Positions 1-12,693 of a stretch of DNA of 64,000 bases are shown here, piece by piece. Below the pieces are notes generated by a model. The model saw only the letters and a program-made list of their open reading frames with translations, did no database searches and had not been told where the DNA came from. The position numbers were made by a program, and so were the translations under genes. Each line of letters begins with the position of its first letter. Positions within the stretch are counted from its first letter, which is position 1. Origin of the DNA: Cenococcum geophilum (taxonomy: Eukaryota); NCBI GenBank assembly GCA_050273025.1, contig CP158635.1, positions 33,046,001 through 33,110,000 of the forward strand. The letters run 5' to 3'.

Positions 1-189
1 TAAAAACTACTCAATTATTTACTATATAACTTTAATAGGAGCTATAGAGTATATATAAAAGCCAAAATCCAAATTATTAAAATTTATTATTAAGTGGTTG
101 TTAAGATATTAAAGTACAAATTTTCTAATTTTTGGTAAGTTTTGAGGTGATCCGCTCGGTGGTTTAATCCGCTCGCTGGTGGAATACGT
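1..189. mobile_element. End of a pogo/Fot1-type DNA transposon inserted at TA in the Gypsy A1 reverse transcriptase
   Basis: Ends ...GGAATACGT (reverse complement begins ACGT) with internal direct repeats ATCCGCTCGGTGGT/ATCCGCTCGCTGGT, followed by TA at 190-191, where Gypsy RT sequence resumes (matches copy A2 near 18030). The partner TIR is outside the window. Confidence 0.7.
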
Positions 190-3100
190 TAGCATATCTT
201 AATGATATTATTATCTACTTAATAACTAAGAAAGAATATAGAGAACACGTTAAATAGGTTTTAAAGAGACTATAAGAAGAATAGATGCTAGTAGCAATTA
301 AAAAATACAAGTTCTTTACTAGGAAGACCGATTTTATAGGATTTATTATTAAACTAGGCTAACTTAGTATAGATTTAAAAAAGATCAAGGCTATAGTAAA
401 TTGGTAGAAACTAGAGAACGTTACGTAATTAAGATTATTTTTAGGGTTTTATAACTACTACAGAAGGTTTATAGCGCAATAATTAAAGAATATTAAGCCA
501 TTTACGCGATTAATAAAGAAAGAAGAACTATAGATATAGGGAAAGGAATAATAAGAACTATTTAAGAAAGTTAAGAGGTTATTTACCTAAGAGCTAGTTC
601 TTAAGATCTATTAACTAGGGCTAGAGACGGTTATAGAAATAAATGCATTAGACTTTATATTAGGAGTATACTTTATATAAAAGCATTTAGATGGATAGCA
701 CCTAGTAGCATACTATAGTTAAAAGATAACACTACCGGAACTAAACTATAACATTTACAATAAGGAGTTATTAGGTATAGTTACAGCACTAAAAAAATAG
801 AGAGCATTCTTGTAAGGTATAGAAAAACTATTTATAGTTAAGACGGATTATAAGAACCTAATAGGATTCCTAATAATAAAGGAACTTAACTAAAGATAGG
901 TTAGATAGGCAGAGATGCTTACAGAATACCATTTTAAGATTTAATATACTAAGGGTACAAATAACACGCGAGCCGATACGTTAAGTTAAAAAGCTAAACT
1001 ATAAAATAATAAGAAGCTATTAGGGGCTTTATTGCGAAAAGATATAGATAAATTAATTAGGTACAATTATCTAAAAATCGCAGTAACTTAAAAAGATAAG
1101 TTAAAAAGAGTTTATAAGTTACTAAAGAGCTTTTAGGTATAGAGAATCTTTAAAGTATAGCTAGAAAAATAGTTAAAATATCTAGGAGTAGAAATACTAT
1201 ATAAGTATAGAGAAGCGAAATATATCCTAAGAAGTATAGCAGAATACTTTATGGAAGATTTCTATAAGGGACTAACTTAAGGACACAACGGAGCTACGGG
1301 CTTAGTGTTAAGACTCTAAGAGGAGTACATTATTGATAGAATCTGGGGTATAGCATAAAAAGTTACTAAGGAGTATCTAGATTACTAAAGGAATAAACTA
1401 ATAAGGTATAAGCTATACGGAGGGCTATAACCTATTAAAATACTAGAGAGATTATAGGAGGTTATATTATAGGACTTTATTATTAAGTTGCTAAAATTAA
1501 GAAATCCTATTATAGGGTAAGATTATAACGCGATCTTAGTAATAGTAGATAAGCTTATAAAGTAGGGATACTTTATAGCCTGTACGGAAGAAATCTCAGC
1601 GGAAGATATCGCTAAAATCTATATAAAAGAAGTGTTTATAAGATATAGAGTACTAAGTAAAATTATATTAAATAGAGATCTAAGATTTATAGTAGTATTC
1701 TAGGAAGTGTTTTTAGCGAAGTAAGGAGTTTAAGTAGCAACTTCTACCGCATATTATCCGCAAATAGATAGTTAAACGGAAAGACTAAATTAGATACTAG
1801 AGTAGTATCTAAAACACTATATTAATTACGTATAGAACAATTGGGTATTACTATTACTAGTTATATAGTTTATATATAATGTAATACTATAGGAAGAAAT
1901 AGGCACTTTACTATTTAGGGCGAACTATAAATACGAGCTAAGAACATCATTATCGCTATATTAAGTAAAAAAGATAAGTAGTATAGCTAAGTAAAAAATA
2001 GAGACTTTAATAAATCTTTATGCAGACCTTATAGAGATAGCTAAGGTAGTATAACAGAGAATGAAAAAATACTATAACGCTAAGAGATCTAAGGGACTAG
2101 ATCTTAAGGAGGGAGATAAAGTGTAGCTACTATATAAAAATTTCAAAAGTTAAGGACTAAGTAAGAAGCTAGACTATGTTAGACTAGGACCTTTTAAAAT
2201 TACGTAAAGGATTTTACTAGTTACGTTTAAGTTAAACCTACTAGCTAAAATAAAAATCTACCTAGTATAGTATATTATAATACTAGAGCTAACACACAGG
2301 AATATTAAGCCACTAGTTTATAAAGCAGATATATATAAAGGGTAAGAAGAAGATAAATAGTAAGTTTTAAAGATTATTAGTTATAAGGACATAGACAATA
2401 AAATATAGTATAAAGTAAAGTGGATAGGCTACACTAAGACTACCTAAAAACTATTAGAGAATTTAAAAAACGCTATAGGAAAGGTATAGGAGTATTAGAA
2501 GAAAATAGGTTAGGTAATATTAATAAAGAAGGATTACTAAAGAATAAGTTACCTAAGGGGGACCTAGGAAGAGCGACTGCTAAACTACTTAGAGTTATTT
2601 CCTTTATAGGAAGAGAGCTAGTTCTCTTATTACTAAGTTCCTATAGACCTTATTTTATAAGTTTTTACTCCTTAAAGCAGACCTTCTTACGAACTTTCTT
2701 AAGACGGATTAACCGAGCGGACGTAGCAAGACGAGATTTAAGAGCTTGCTGTTAAGTATTAGCAGCCTCTTTTTTAGCGTTATAAGAATAATAAAGTTTA
2801 GCTAGGGCTACTAAGAGCTTATTATTAAGCTTTATAGTAGCAGATTAAATATAAGACCCTATAATAAATTACTTAGGGAACTTAATAACTATTAAGAGTA
2901 ATAGGACGCGTATACTTAGCGTTAGAGATAGAGCGAACGTTATAGGACGAATAAATATTTGCTTTAGTGCACTCCGAATATAAAAAAGGTTGCTAGGAAG
3001 AAGGACTTGCTAATATAATATAAACTAACCCCTCTTTCACATAACGAAAATATAAAGATAGTATTATCTTACCTAGCAATAATATAATAGCAATAGTATA

Positions 3101-3672
3101 AGACTAACGGGCTATAGAAGAAAAAGAAGTTACTTTAGGTATTATAAGTAACGATACTAACTAAATTAATTAGGCGGATATTACACCTCTAGTAAATAAC
3201 TTAGAGATATTAGGGATCTTTAAGGATAAAGATAGAGAGGAGGGAGATGGTGTTATAAACGCTTTAAGTATAATATTATAACTACTTAGAGAAGAGTTGG
3301 AGGAAGCTAGTTAGTTAATAAGAGCACGGTCTAGAATAGAGCTAGTAAAACTATATAACGAGAAATGGTAGTATAAGTTATATAATATAATCTATATAAT
3401 CTGTATAATCTATATAATTTGTAATAAAGCAGATAAAGCACGCGTATATTACATATAAGAAGGATTTCTTAGAAGTACAGTTATGTATTTAAGGACCCTT
3501 AGTCCCTACCTAGATAGTTTCTTCCTTATAGTAATTCTTAGAATATAATTAAAGTTAATCTATTAGGCAACTACTCCACTAGTTATTATTACGTTGTTAA
3601 TTTACTTGCATTACCTACACACCTAGCCTAATAACAAGCCCATTATAGTACTTGCTACAAGGTTCCGTTACA
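190..3672 (+). mobile_element. Ty3/Gypsy chromovirus family A, copy A1 (3' part: RT-RNaseH-integrase-chromodomain-3' LTR), RIP-inactivated
   Basis: Degraded YLDD motif ~195, RNase H NY..YNKELL ~745, integrase QTER.NQTLEQYL ~1775, GPF ~2187, chromodomain ~2355-2500, purine tract then LTR. Colinear with A2 and A3. Confidence 0.95.
3251..3672 (+). repeat. 3' LTR of Gypsy A1 (422 bp)
   Basis: TGTTA...GTTACA termini, preceded by polypurine tract AGAGAGGAGGGAGATGG, homologous to the other A LTRs. Confidence 0.93.
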
Positions 3673-4397
3673 ATCTTTATATAATATCTTTCTGTAACTA
3701 AAAGGAATGGGTAATTATCTAAGAAATTTCTAAGTGTACTATTATTATTAAATTAGATAACTTTGGGTTAAGAGCCTAATAGAAGATATAGAACTCTTCC
3801 TACTTTATAATCCGGAATAGAAGGTTTTATATAATAACTAAGTTAATAAAAGCTTATTAGATAACTTCTTTATTTAGAACCTTTATAAGGATTATAGAAT
3901 TAACTTCGTCTGTCCTAAATTCTAATACTATTTTAACCTAAAGTTCCTAAAGCTTTTTAAGTGCTTACTCCTTTATATAAGGCTATTTTAAGTTAATAGA
4001 GATTACGTAGTCTTTCGCAAGGTGTTTTTTTATATTTATAGTTAATAGTGCTAAGTAACTTTCGCACTAATTGCAGTATATAAGCCTTCGGTTCTTTTTA
4101 TCGTATATTAGCTCATTTTTATACGGTAGGCGAGTAAATTTATAGACTGGAGATTGAAGCTAAGCCTATTATATACTAGAGCTCTTAATTAAGCTAGGAG
4201 TATTTTTAAGAAGAGATGAATCCGCTTCTAAAGCTATGTTTTATACAATATTAAAGTAGAAAAGCAGTAGATTTAGTAAAAGAAAATTTAATGGGGAATG
4301 CCAAGGAATATCACGATACTTTGATACGATACGAGATATCGTATCAATCGTGGATCGTCGATCCGTATCGCGGAAAATTGGATTTTCCGCAACCCTG
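3673..4397 (-). mobile_element. 5' end of a hAT DNA transposon with BED-finger transposase remnant, cut by Gypsy A1
   Basis: Minus strand starts CAGGGTTGCGG at 4397, with CGAT/GATAC subterminal repeats at 4310-4370. The minus frame at ~4160-4010 reads SPV(W)KF...IYCN.C...T.NIKKHLAKD, a BED zinc-finger pattern. Confidence 0.8.
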
Positions 4398-4469
4398 GGT
4401 CTAGAATATGTAAAAGAGTCTAATAAATAACATTACTAAACTAGCTATATAACTTATACCAGTCATTCT

Positions 4470-6863
4470 AGGATCAGGCAATGGCGCCAATCGCTATCCT
4501 CTTCCCCCACCGTGTTATTAGCACTATGCTGTTTGACTTCTCTAAGCCCAAGGGCCCATTTCACTGGAACCGTGCGAGACCCAATAACATTGCCATTAAA
4601 TTGAACTTCGAATCTTATATTTGCCGAGCTAATATGAACAAGTACTTTGTGGCTGATCTTCCAGAAATCCTTCCCAATCTTGATGCCGAAGAGCCGCTTC
4701 TGCTTTCTCTTCGTACTATGTATCTTTCCAACGGTATTAATACTTAATATTGACTCAATATCATATATGGCAGTGGCGTTACCTTCGTAAATGCTAGATG
4801 GTAAGCGTTTAGCTTGGGAATCGGAACGTGCAATGGTATCTTTCCAGACTATCTCTGGACTCCCAGCGTTAATAAAGCGAAAGAAATCATAGGAGATTGG
4901 CTTATCTCTGCTGATCAGTTCGCCTTGGCGTAGAAACTAATGAATTTGGCCTATCGCATATTTCTTGCCATCATTGGGGTCTCTTCGGATACACATTTTC
5001 TTGTCATAAATTTTCTTATTGTTGAAGGGTTTATTATAGAGTATTCCATATGAGCTACGACAACGCAGAGAAGGAAGGATGAAAGTATTATATTTTAGTT
5101 AATGAAGTTGATTAATTACGAGGCCTTTGCAAACCACGAGCTGGCTATCAATATGGTTAACCGAATAATGCATATTGTTATGCTTTAATACTTACGGGTT
5201 CTTATTTATGAGAATCTTTATGCCCTGCCCAAATAAGCCGTAGCGTCTTAAAAGCTGGCTTTGCACGTATTTAGAAGAATAAAGGCCCCCTGAGAGAACG
5301 AAATGGGACTAATTTGGTAGAGTCAGTTAACACCAATAACATCCCCGCAGGATTATAATTCGCTTACAACTTTCTCCAATCGTAGTCCGTTTATGCGAAT
5401 AAGCTGTCGGTTGATAAGATCGAATATTCCACTAATCTAGACGTTAAATATCTCTCGAATATCATTCCTGGTACCATTTCTAATTAGCATAGGTAAGAGC
5501 AGGACGCTAGAAGATTGAAGAGGATTTAGATTTTTGGCTTACTGAGCGAATACCATATAGCCGGACTTAATTATGCCGTCCAGGAAAGTGAAGTTACGAG
5601 GCAAACCTGGAATTCTTAATAGGATCTTTGGGAGCGGTGGGTTTTCCTCTACCCCTTCTTTGATATACTGAAACTCCCCTTTGACCATATCGTTGGCAGC
5701 ATATTCTGGTAACTGAACACTCGGAAATTTACAGCGAATGTTATTTAGACGTTCATCGACCCTTTTTTGGAAGGTCTCGTCAATCTGAACTAATCTAATT
5801 GCATCTCCTAAATATCTAAGTGTAAAGTGTTAAATTAGTGATTACGTTTGCAGAATCTGAATACGGAGACAAACCGGTGGCTTTGTTAAGCTGTTCTAAT
5901 TCAGTGATCTTCTCCATTTCTTCTTGGTTATGCTCATCGATGTATTTGAGTGAAATAACTTTAACAACGGAGATATCCTTAGCAGCAGCATCAGCAGAGC
6001 CCCCGGTTTAAAGTCTTGTGTAGCATATACCGTTATACCACCACTAGAGTCACAAACAAGGATAATATTCCCCTCTCTCATCTCCGAACCCTTGGCAGTA
6101 GATTCGTTGATTGATTGTGAATCCCCGCTCCGGGCGCTCAGTGGTATATAGTTGTGTGGACTAGCTGCTGTGTATACCGCTGCGGCCTCCGCCTCCGTCA
6201 ACCGAATATTCACAGAATGTCCCTCACTATCCTTCCCGAAGCCGGTGTCTTTCACAATTTTTTTAAACTTATTGGTTACTGACCCCTCCTAAGTGGTCGG
6301 CACGCTGAAAAGAAAGTCGATTGTGTGTTTTCCCCAATCGGCAAGCTCGAAGGAAGAACTAATGTATTCACTAATATGCTTGTACAATCCTGTTAAGAAG
6401 TCTTTATACCAATCTCGCACATTACCAGACCTTACGTCACCATATATCCCTACGGGACAGCCAGCACTGTCTTTGAATGTTTTCTCTAAAAATTCGGGGT
6501 CGAGGAAAAGTTTAAAGCAGTCCTTTACGGCCTCACCCCGGTCCAATTTACCCGGTGGCGGACATCCAAATCCCCACGAAGTGAAGAGTTTGGTACCAGC
6601 ACGATATCCAACGGCGGTTGGGACTTTGTTCCTGATTTCATTGATTCCCGGCCATCTATTGATGATACGAGGTGTGGACCAGTCCGTTGCGCAAAATGCG
6701 ACACCTATGACTAGTGCTCAGCACCAACAGTGCAACTGTTCCCTCGGGGTAAATAATCGTCCAAGGTCTCACTTTCCCTGTAGTGTTTATCAAGTTGCAT
6801 ATCCAACTCACCTGTGTACGTCAACCCCATATCAACTCCCACGATGATCCGGTCAGGAGGCAT
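4470..6863 (-). pseudogene. Fungal Hsp70-like (HSPA12-type, actin-like ATPase) gene, intron-containing, RIP-damaged; 3' end approximate
   Basis: ATG at 6863 gives MPPDRIIVGVDMGLTYTG; GT-AG intron 6811-6705; then VAFC...RWPG...NKVPT...SWGF, FLFSVPTT*(W), LTEAEAAAVY, ILVCDSSGGIT (degraded D.GGGTT), VQIDETF. In-frame stop at 6289-6291 and more damage downstream. Confidence 0.85.
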
Positions 6864-7219
6864 TCCGGCGGCCACGGTAGCTCTCCGTATTGTTGACGGT
6901 GCATGAGAGTGCAGGATAGATAGGGCAAGAGTGGGGTTCGGCATCATGCCATGCCCAAGAGGGGCGTGCCAAAAACTTATCCACGATGTCATGCGGGTCA
7001 CCGGAATCATCACACGGCTTTGGACTATCATGCTAGAGGTATCAACAGTGGAGAAAATCGTAAGTGCACTGCAATGCCACGTGTTCCCCTTAAAATGTCA
7101 GGTCTCCCACTTTGTTTGGGTGAGCAACAATCGGTACTAAACCAATGGGATTGCAATCTCCCCACGATAGTCTAATCCAATCTGATCCTGTTAAGCCGTA
7201 ATCTATAGCAGTCGAATAG

Positions 7220-7600
7220 CTAAACTAGATTAATCTAGAATAATAAAAGCCTAAAGAGATATTTAGTAAATGGTCTTAGCGAGCTTAGACTTATCTCGAC
7301 CCTAGACAATATTATTACGTATTTATTACAGGTTATATAAATATAAGGTCTTTTCCTTTAGACTAATAAACGGGCCCGTTACGTACTAAAAGTATATAAA
7401 TAATATTCTTTCCGACCACTTTAATAAATTCTATAAGGTATACCTAGACGACATTCTAATATACTTAAATAACGAACTTAAATACAAAGCATATATTAAG
7501 AATATCCCAGAGAGACTACGGAACGTAGGCTTATAAGTTAATATTAAAATATATATATTTAGAGTAAAATAGGACGGGTTTTTTAAGAGCAATTATTAAC
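7220..7600 (+). mobile_element. Isolated Ty3/Gypsy reverse transcriptase fragment
   Basis: YKVF.F(G)L.NGP.T...YINNIL...VYLDDILIY at ~7340-7465. Homologous to the family B RT on the opposite strand near 28600-28800. Confidence 0.8.
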
Positions 7601-8128
7601 TGGAACTTCGCCCTCATTAATATCTTTTATTAGATAAAGAACTAGAGTTAGATAAAAAAGGCCACAGGTAGTAGTTAGGGATTAAACGTAGTAATCAGCT
7701 GATAATATCAGCCGTCTATAATTCCTTTCGGAAGGGGTAGAGGTAGTAGAAAAAAAAGTAAAAGCTACTTCTATATCTAAAGTAGAGGTTTAGCTTAATA
7801 CGCCGTTCTCGCTTATATATTCCTATTAGGGCGTATCCTGAGTTACTAGCTTTAGATTTTATAGCGTTTAGGTCCTTATAGGTCTTAGGCGGCTAAAAGG
7901 TAGAGTATTAAAGAGTATTTTAGGGCGAGGCGTAGTATCATCAGGAAAACTTTTTTTGGGCGCGTTGTTGTAGCCGAAAATTAGGGTCTGCTTAACTCGC
8001 TTAAGTCGCAATTTTAGTGATTTGCGGTAATTTGCAGCGATTTACTACAAACTTACAGGCTACTTGTGCAAATCGCCGCAAATTACTAAACCCAATTTTT
8101 GGCTGCAACAAAAATGCTACAAAACTGC

Positions 8129-9120
8129 ACAAAGCTCTGCACGAAGCTCTGCACGAAGCTCTCACGAAGCTCTACACGAAGCTCTACACGAAGCTCTGCA
8201 TGAAGCTCTACACGAAGCTCTCACGAAGCTCTGCACGAAGCTCTACACGAAGCTCTACACGAAGCTCTACACGAAGCTCTACACGAAGCTCTACACGAAG
8301 CTCTACACGAAGCTCTACACGAAGCTCTCACGAAGCTCTGCACGAAGCTCTCACGAAGCTCTGCACAAAGCTCTACACAAAGCTCTCACGAAGCTCTGTA
8401 CGAAGCTCTACACGAAGCTCTCACGAAGCTCTCACGAAGCTCTCACGAAGCTCTGCACGAAGCTCCACACGAAGCTCTCACGAAGCCCCGCACGAAGCTC
8501 TCACGAAGCTCTGCACGAAGCTCTCACGAAGCTCTGCACGAAGCTCTACACGAAGCTCTCACGAAGCTCTACATACCGCTCTGCACGAAGCTCTACACAA
8601 AGCTTTACACGAGGCTCTATACGAGGCTCCACATAAAGCTCTGCGTACAGAGGCTCTGCACGAGGCTCTACACGAAGCTCTGCACGAAGCTCTACACGAA
8701 GCTTTGCACGAGGCTCCACACAAGGCTCCACACAAGGCTCCACACGAAGCTCTGCGTACAGAGGCTCTGCATAAGGCTCTGCACGAAGCCCTGCACGAAG
8801 CCCTGCACGAAGCTCTGCACGAAGCTCTGCACGAAGCTCTGCACGAAGCTCTGCACGAAGCTCTACACGAAACTTTGCACGAGGCTCTACACGAAGCTCT
8901 ACACAAAGCTCTGCATATAGAGGCTCTGCACGAGGCTCTGCACGAAGCCCCACACGAAGCTCTACACAAGGCTCTGCACAAAGCTCTACACAAAGCTCTA
9001 TACAAAGCTCTACACGAAGCTCTACACGAAGCTCTATACGAAGCTCTATATATAGAGGCTCTGCACGAGGCTCTGCGCAAAGCTCTGCGTACGGATGCTC
9101 TACCGAAGCTCTACATAAAA
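8129..9120 (+). repeat. Minisatellite of 12-bp CACGAAGCTCT(G/A) units with 10-bp variants
   Basis: Directly visible, about 1 kb. Source of the HEAL/RSST/TKLY/RASC ORFs. Confidence 0.97.
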
Positions 9121-9269
9121 CCTTTGTGTGTGCGCGCGACACATTACGATCGGGTCCCCGCTATATTCCCGATAGCCTCTACACGTGCCTCTGCCAAGTA
9201 TACCCTCTATTCATTTTTTACCCTTCCTTACATCCTCCCTACCTAGGGAGACACTAGAACGACAGCCAG

Positions 9270-9578
9270 CAGATGACCGTCGCCAGAACCAGACGACCGT
9301 CGCCGGAGCCAGACGGCCGTCGCCGGAGCTAGACGACCGTCGTCAGAGCTAGATGACCGTCGTCAGAGCTGGACGACCGTCGCCAGAGCCAGACGGCCGT
9401 CGCCAGAGCCAGATGACCGTCGCCAGAGCTAGACGACCGTCGTCAGAGCTAGACGACCGTCGCCAGAGCTAGACGGCCGTCGCCAGAGCCAGACGACCGT
9501 CGTCATCGCCACACGGCCGTCGCCAGAGCCACACGACCGTCGCCAGAGCCACACGATCGTCGCCAGAGCCACACGACA
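9270..9578 (+). repeat. 20-bp tandem array AGACGACCGTCGCCAGAGC(C/T), about 15 units
   Basis: Directly visible; each unit contains the dyad GACG(A/G)CCGTC. Confidence 0.95.
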
Positions 9579-9639
9579 ACCGTTCGAACGACCAGCCAGC
9601 GAACACTATAAACGATTCGATCGATCGATCGAATCAAGG

Positions 9640-9802
9640 CGACATAGACAGGTAGGCATAGACAGGTAGGCACAGACAGACGGACAGACGGACAGACGGA
9701 CAGACGGACAGACGGACATACGGACAGACGGACGGACAGGTAGGCAGGCAGGCAGGCAGGCAGGCAGGCAGACAGGCAGGCAGGTAGGCAGATAGGCAGG
9801 CA
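9640..9802 (+). repeat. Compound microsatellite (GACA/GACG)n-(GGCA)n
   Basis: Directly visible; recurs at 37201-37300 and 37568-37650. Confidence 0.95.
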
Positions 9803-10456
9803 CTAGGCCAATCGACGATTTAGAGCCTCTGCGAGAGGCTTCCCCCTTAACGCCTAAGTAGATAGCTCTATATTTTATATAGTTATAATATAAATATTTA
9901 AAAGTATATTATAGCAATCTATGGGAATATGTAATAATTTGGTTATTATATAATTACAATTTATATAAGCTCGGACCCCCGGAACTCGGTTGCCTCCTGA
10001 ACTCGGACGCCTAACCGAATCGGTCACCCTATTAATTTGAGTTATCTACACTTGATTAATCAAGGTTGACCATCTCTGTATACATGGATTTTGATATATT
10101 GGCCTTGGCCTTTTGAGCAGACACCCTTTCGGGTCGTGATTTCGTCTCCTTTGCCTTTGCACGTGCCTCTTCCTCCTCTGCCTTACCTATCCCTTGGTGT
10201 GGCAAGAATTCAAGGACTTTTCGTATATGCACGCCTCATAAGCCAATCTAGAGGCTCCATACCGTATAGAGCTTGGTGTTGGAGCCTCGAGTCAGTACGC
10301 AGCAAGGGTGCTGGCGCCTTATTAACGCTTGGATATTGCGGTAAACAGCAGCAACGTGGCCAGGAAGCCTATAATATTTAGTGTAGTTAATTAAAAAGCT
10401 TTAATATTGTGTCGCCGTCTATTTAATTATTAAATTATTAGTAAAATATTGTCCTT

Positions 10457-12693
10457 ATGCCGCCTAAAAAACGTTGTACATCTTTAGCTCTAAAGCCTCT
10501 AAAGCCTCTAAAAGCACCCTAAGCCTAGAAGTCTTATTTATAATCCTTTTAAGCAATATAGTATACATATAATAGCTTATCGGCAGTAGCTACGCAGCTG
10601 GCAGTGGTGCTAATTAAGGATATTAAGGAGGCTTGGCCAAGCAGCTAGATAGAGGATATTAAGGACAAATTAGGAGCCGTTTTTAAGGCCCGCGGCGAGA
10701 CTGCTAAGGATAAGGTAGATAAGGTAGATGAGACTAAACTACTAGAGCTATTAGCTGAAGAAGTTATAAAAATAGGCCTTCCTACTGTTCCTACTTTATA
10801 GGAGCCTATAGCCGCTGTTCCTAAATTAGATCTTAAAGTTATTAACCTTCTAGATAAGCTAATATTTGCCACTTAGCGTGCTAGTAAACCTATTAGTGGG
10901 GTTAATGCGGATATTAAATCTAATAACTTTCCTAATTCAGATAAGGATAGTAAGCGCTCCGCTTACTATATACTAGCGAATTAAATTAGTATAGTGTCTA
11001 GCGGGTGTAAATCTAGATAGGACTTACTAATTTTAGTATTTCTACTATTCTTTAGTATTAGTATATTTAAGAAGCTCGCGATTAATACAAACCTATATAT
11101 AGCCTCTTAAAATGCTAGCGGATATTACCAATTAGGATAATATATAGGTAAACGATTATAAGTGTAGAAGGAGACCTCTACTAGCGAATTGATAATTTAG
11201 GTAGGGCTTATTATTTATATAGGCGTCTTTAAAAGCCCTTAAGTGCGAGATCTTTGGGCTATAGATCCTAAATATCCTAGATACTTAATTAGCTTATTTA
11301 TAGGCCAAAAAAGATAGGAGTAACTTAAGCGCTTTTTCTATATCTTACTACTATTACTAAAGGGCATTAAACGTTAAGTCTTTAAGAAAATTAAGCTATT
11401 AACAACTCCTTTAGGCAAGGTGTTTAGAAAGTACGTTATACCTAGATCTATAGTTAGCTTTAATAAAATAATAGTAAGGTTTACTAAATAATCTATAGTT
11501 ATAATTAAATTGCCTGGTAATCTAGTACCTAAGGGCTATAAGATAATAAGTCTTTATTAATATGGATATTATTATAGCTTTATATTTACATCACCTAGCT
11601 ACTTTTTAGGCTTCCTTCTTAAACGGATTACTAAGATATTGTCCTTTTAAAGACCTCTAAATGCGTCCTCTACCTTACTCGGCAGCTTCCTCTCTAGGCC
11701 TATTAATTCTGCCTATTTTTAAACAACTACTTTACTAATATTCCGTTGCTTTAGGTGCTTTAACAGCTTAAGGTTACTGCAGCTAGAACGGCTTAATTAA
11801 ACTTAAAGGACTATCTAGAGGTGTATAAAAGGGCTAATAAAAGAAAGGAAAGGCTGCCGTTTAACTTTATTACAGAAGTAGTTATTAGGGCAGTTAATTT
11901 AGTGCTTTTAATTATATGGTAGAATAAGAATTTGGTATAGTTAATAATAGTTCACTTATATAGCAATAAGGATATAAATAAAGTTAATTAGCATTAGCCG
12001 CGGGCATATAATTTCTTCCTTAAAAAGCTGGTAGCTAATATCTGGGGTAATAATTTAATTAAGAAATTAACGCTTTCTAGGCTCTCTATTAACTACAATA
12101 ACTAAATAGGTAGCGTTAATATTTATAATTAGCTTTAAAGCTACTATACTACCCAAATTATTACTATTTGTACTTAGCTACCTTTATTCTTCTAGGCGCT
12201 TAATACGGCTATAATTAACGCCTATATTATTAGTAAGAAGATCTTTTAGATATTTAGGAAGTCCTTCTAAACCCACTACTGTTTCTATATACGATTGGCA
12301 TAGAACCTTATTATTATAGGTAGTTAGCAAATAGGCCTAGATAAGCACAATACTAAGCGTCTTCTTTATTAAAGCTTACTAAAATATAGGCAATATTAAC
12401 CTAGCATTAGGCCTAGTTATAAAAACATTAAAATAAATTAAAAAACTACCTATATTACCGCTAAAACCCTACTACCTATAATTTAACGGTGTAAGACGCG
12501 AACTTACCGTTCTATTAAAAGCTTTATAAGGAAGCTAGACTATAAGACCCTACTAAAGTACTAGATATATAGATAGAAAGAGGCTAAAAAGCTTATAGTA
12601 AAGGTTAGGCAAATGGTATATAAATGCGAGGCCTGTAGGCTTCCTTTATACCTTTAGTACTTTAACAATTTTCATTTAATAGGCGACGACTAG
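10457..12693 (+). pseudogene. piggyBac-family (DDE_Tnp_1_7-like) transposase, RIP-inactivated
   Basis: MPPKKR start and acidic N-terminus; RIP-reversed motifs ELIIWVGLIIYMG (~11187), MGQKRWEQLKRFFHI (~11300), VSFDEMMVRF (~11452), P.GYK, WLPLFFWALDTA..NAY (~12175); C-terminal YKCEAC.LPLC..CF..FH (~12620-12675). Confidence 0.85.

Noticed and set aside
6293..7175. Plus-strand ORFs of 184, 69 and 74 aa
   Set aside because: Antisense shadows of the Hsp70-like gene and its upstream region, with no recognisable motifs.
8017..9246. 409-aa HEAL-repeat ORF and overlapping RASC/ELRA ORFs (also 36451-36762)
   Set aside because: The 12-bp unit has no stop in several frames, the starts are non-ATG, and 10-bp variants shift the frame freely. 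Repeat artefact.
9270..9578. CRISPR-like array
   Set aside because: Units are contiguous with no unique spacers, there are no cas genes, and the context is eukaryotic.
9640..9802. Helentron/DINE-1 identity suggested by the (GTCY)n-like microsatellite
   Set aside because: X1 and X2 have terminal inverted ends with 2-bp duplications, and I see no Helitron-type 3' hairpin terminus. Kept only as a weak alternative.
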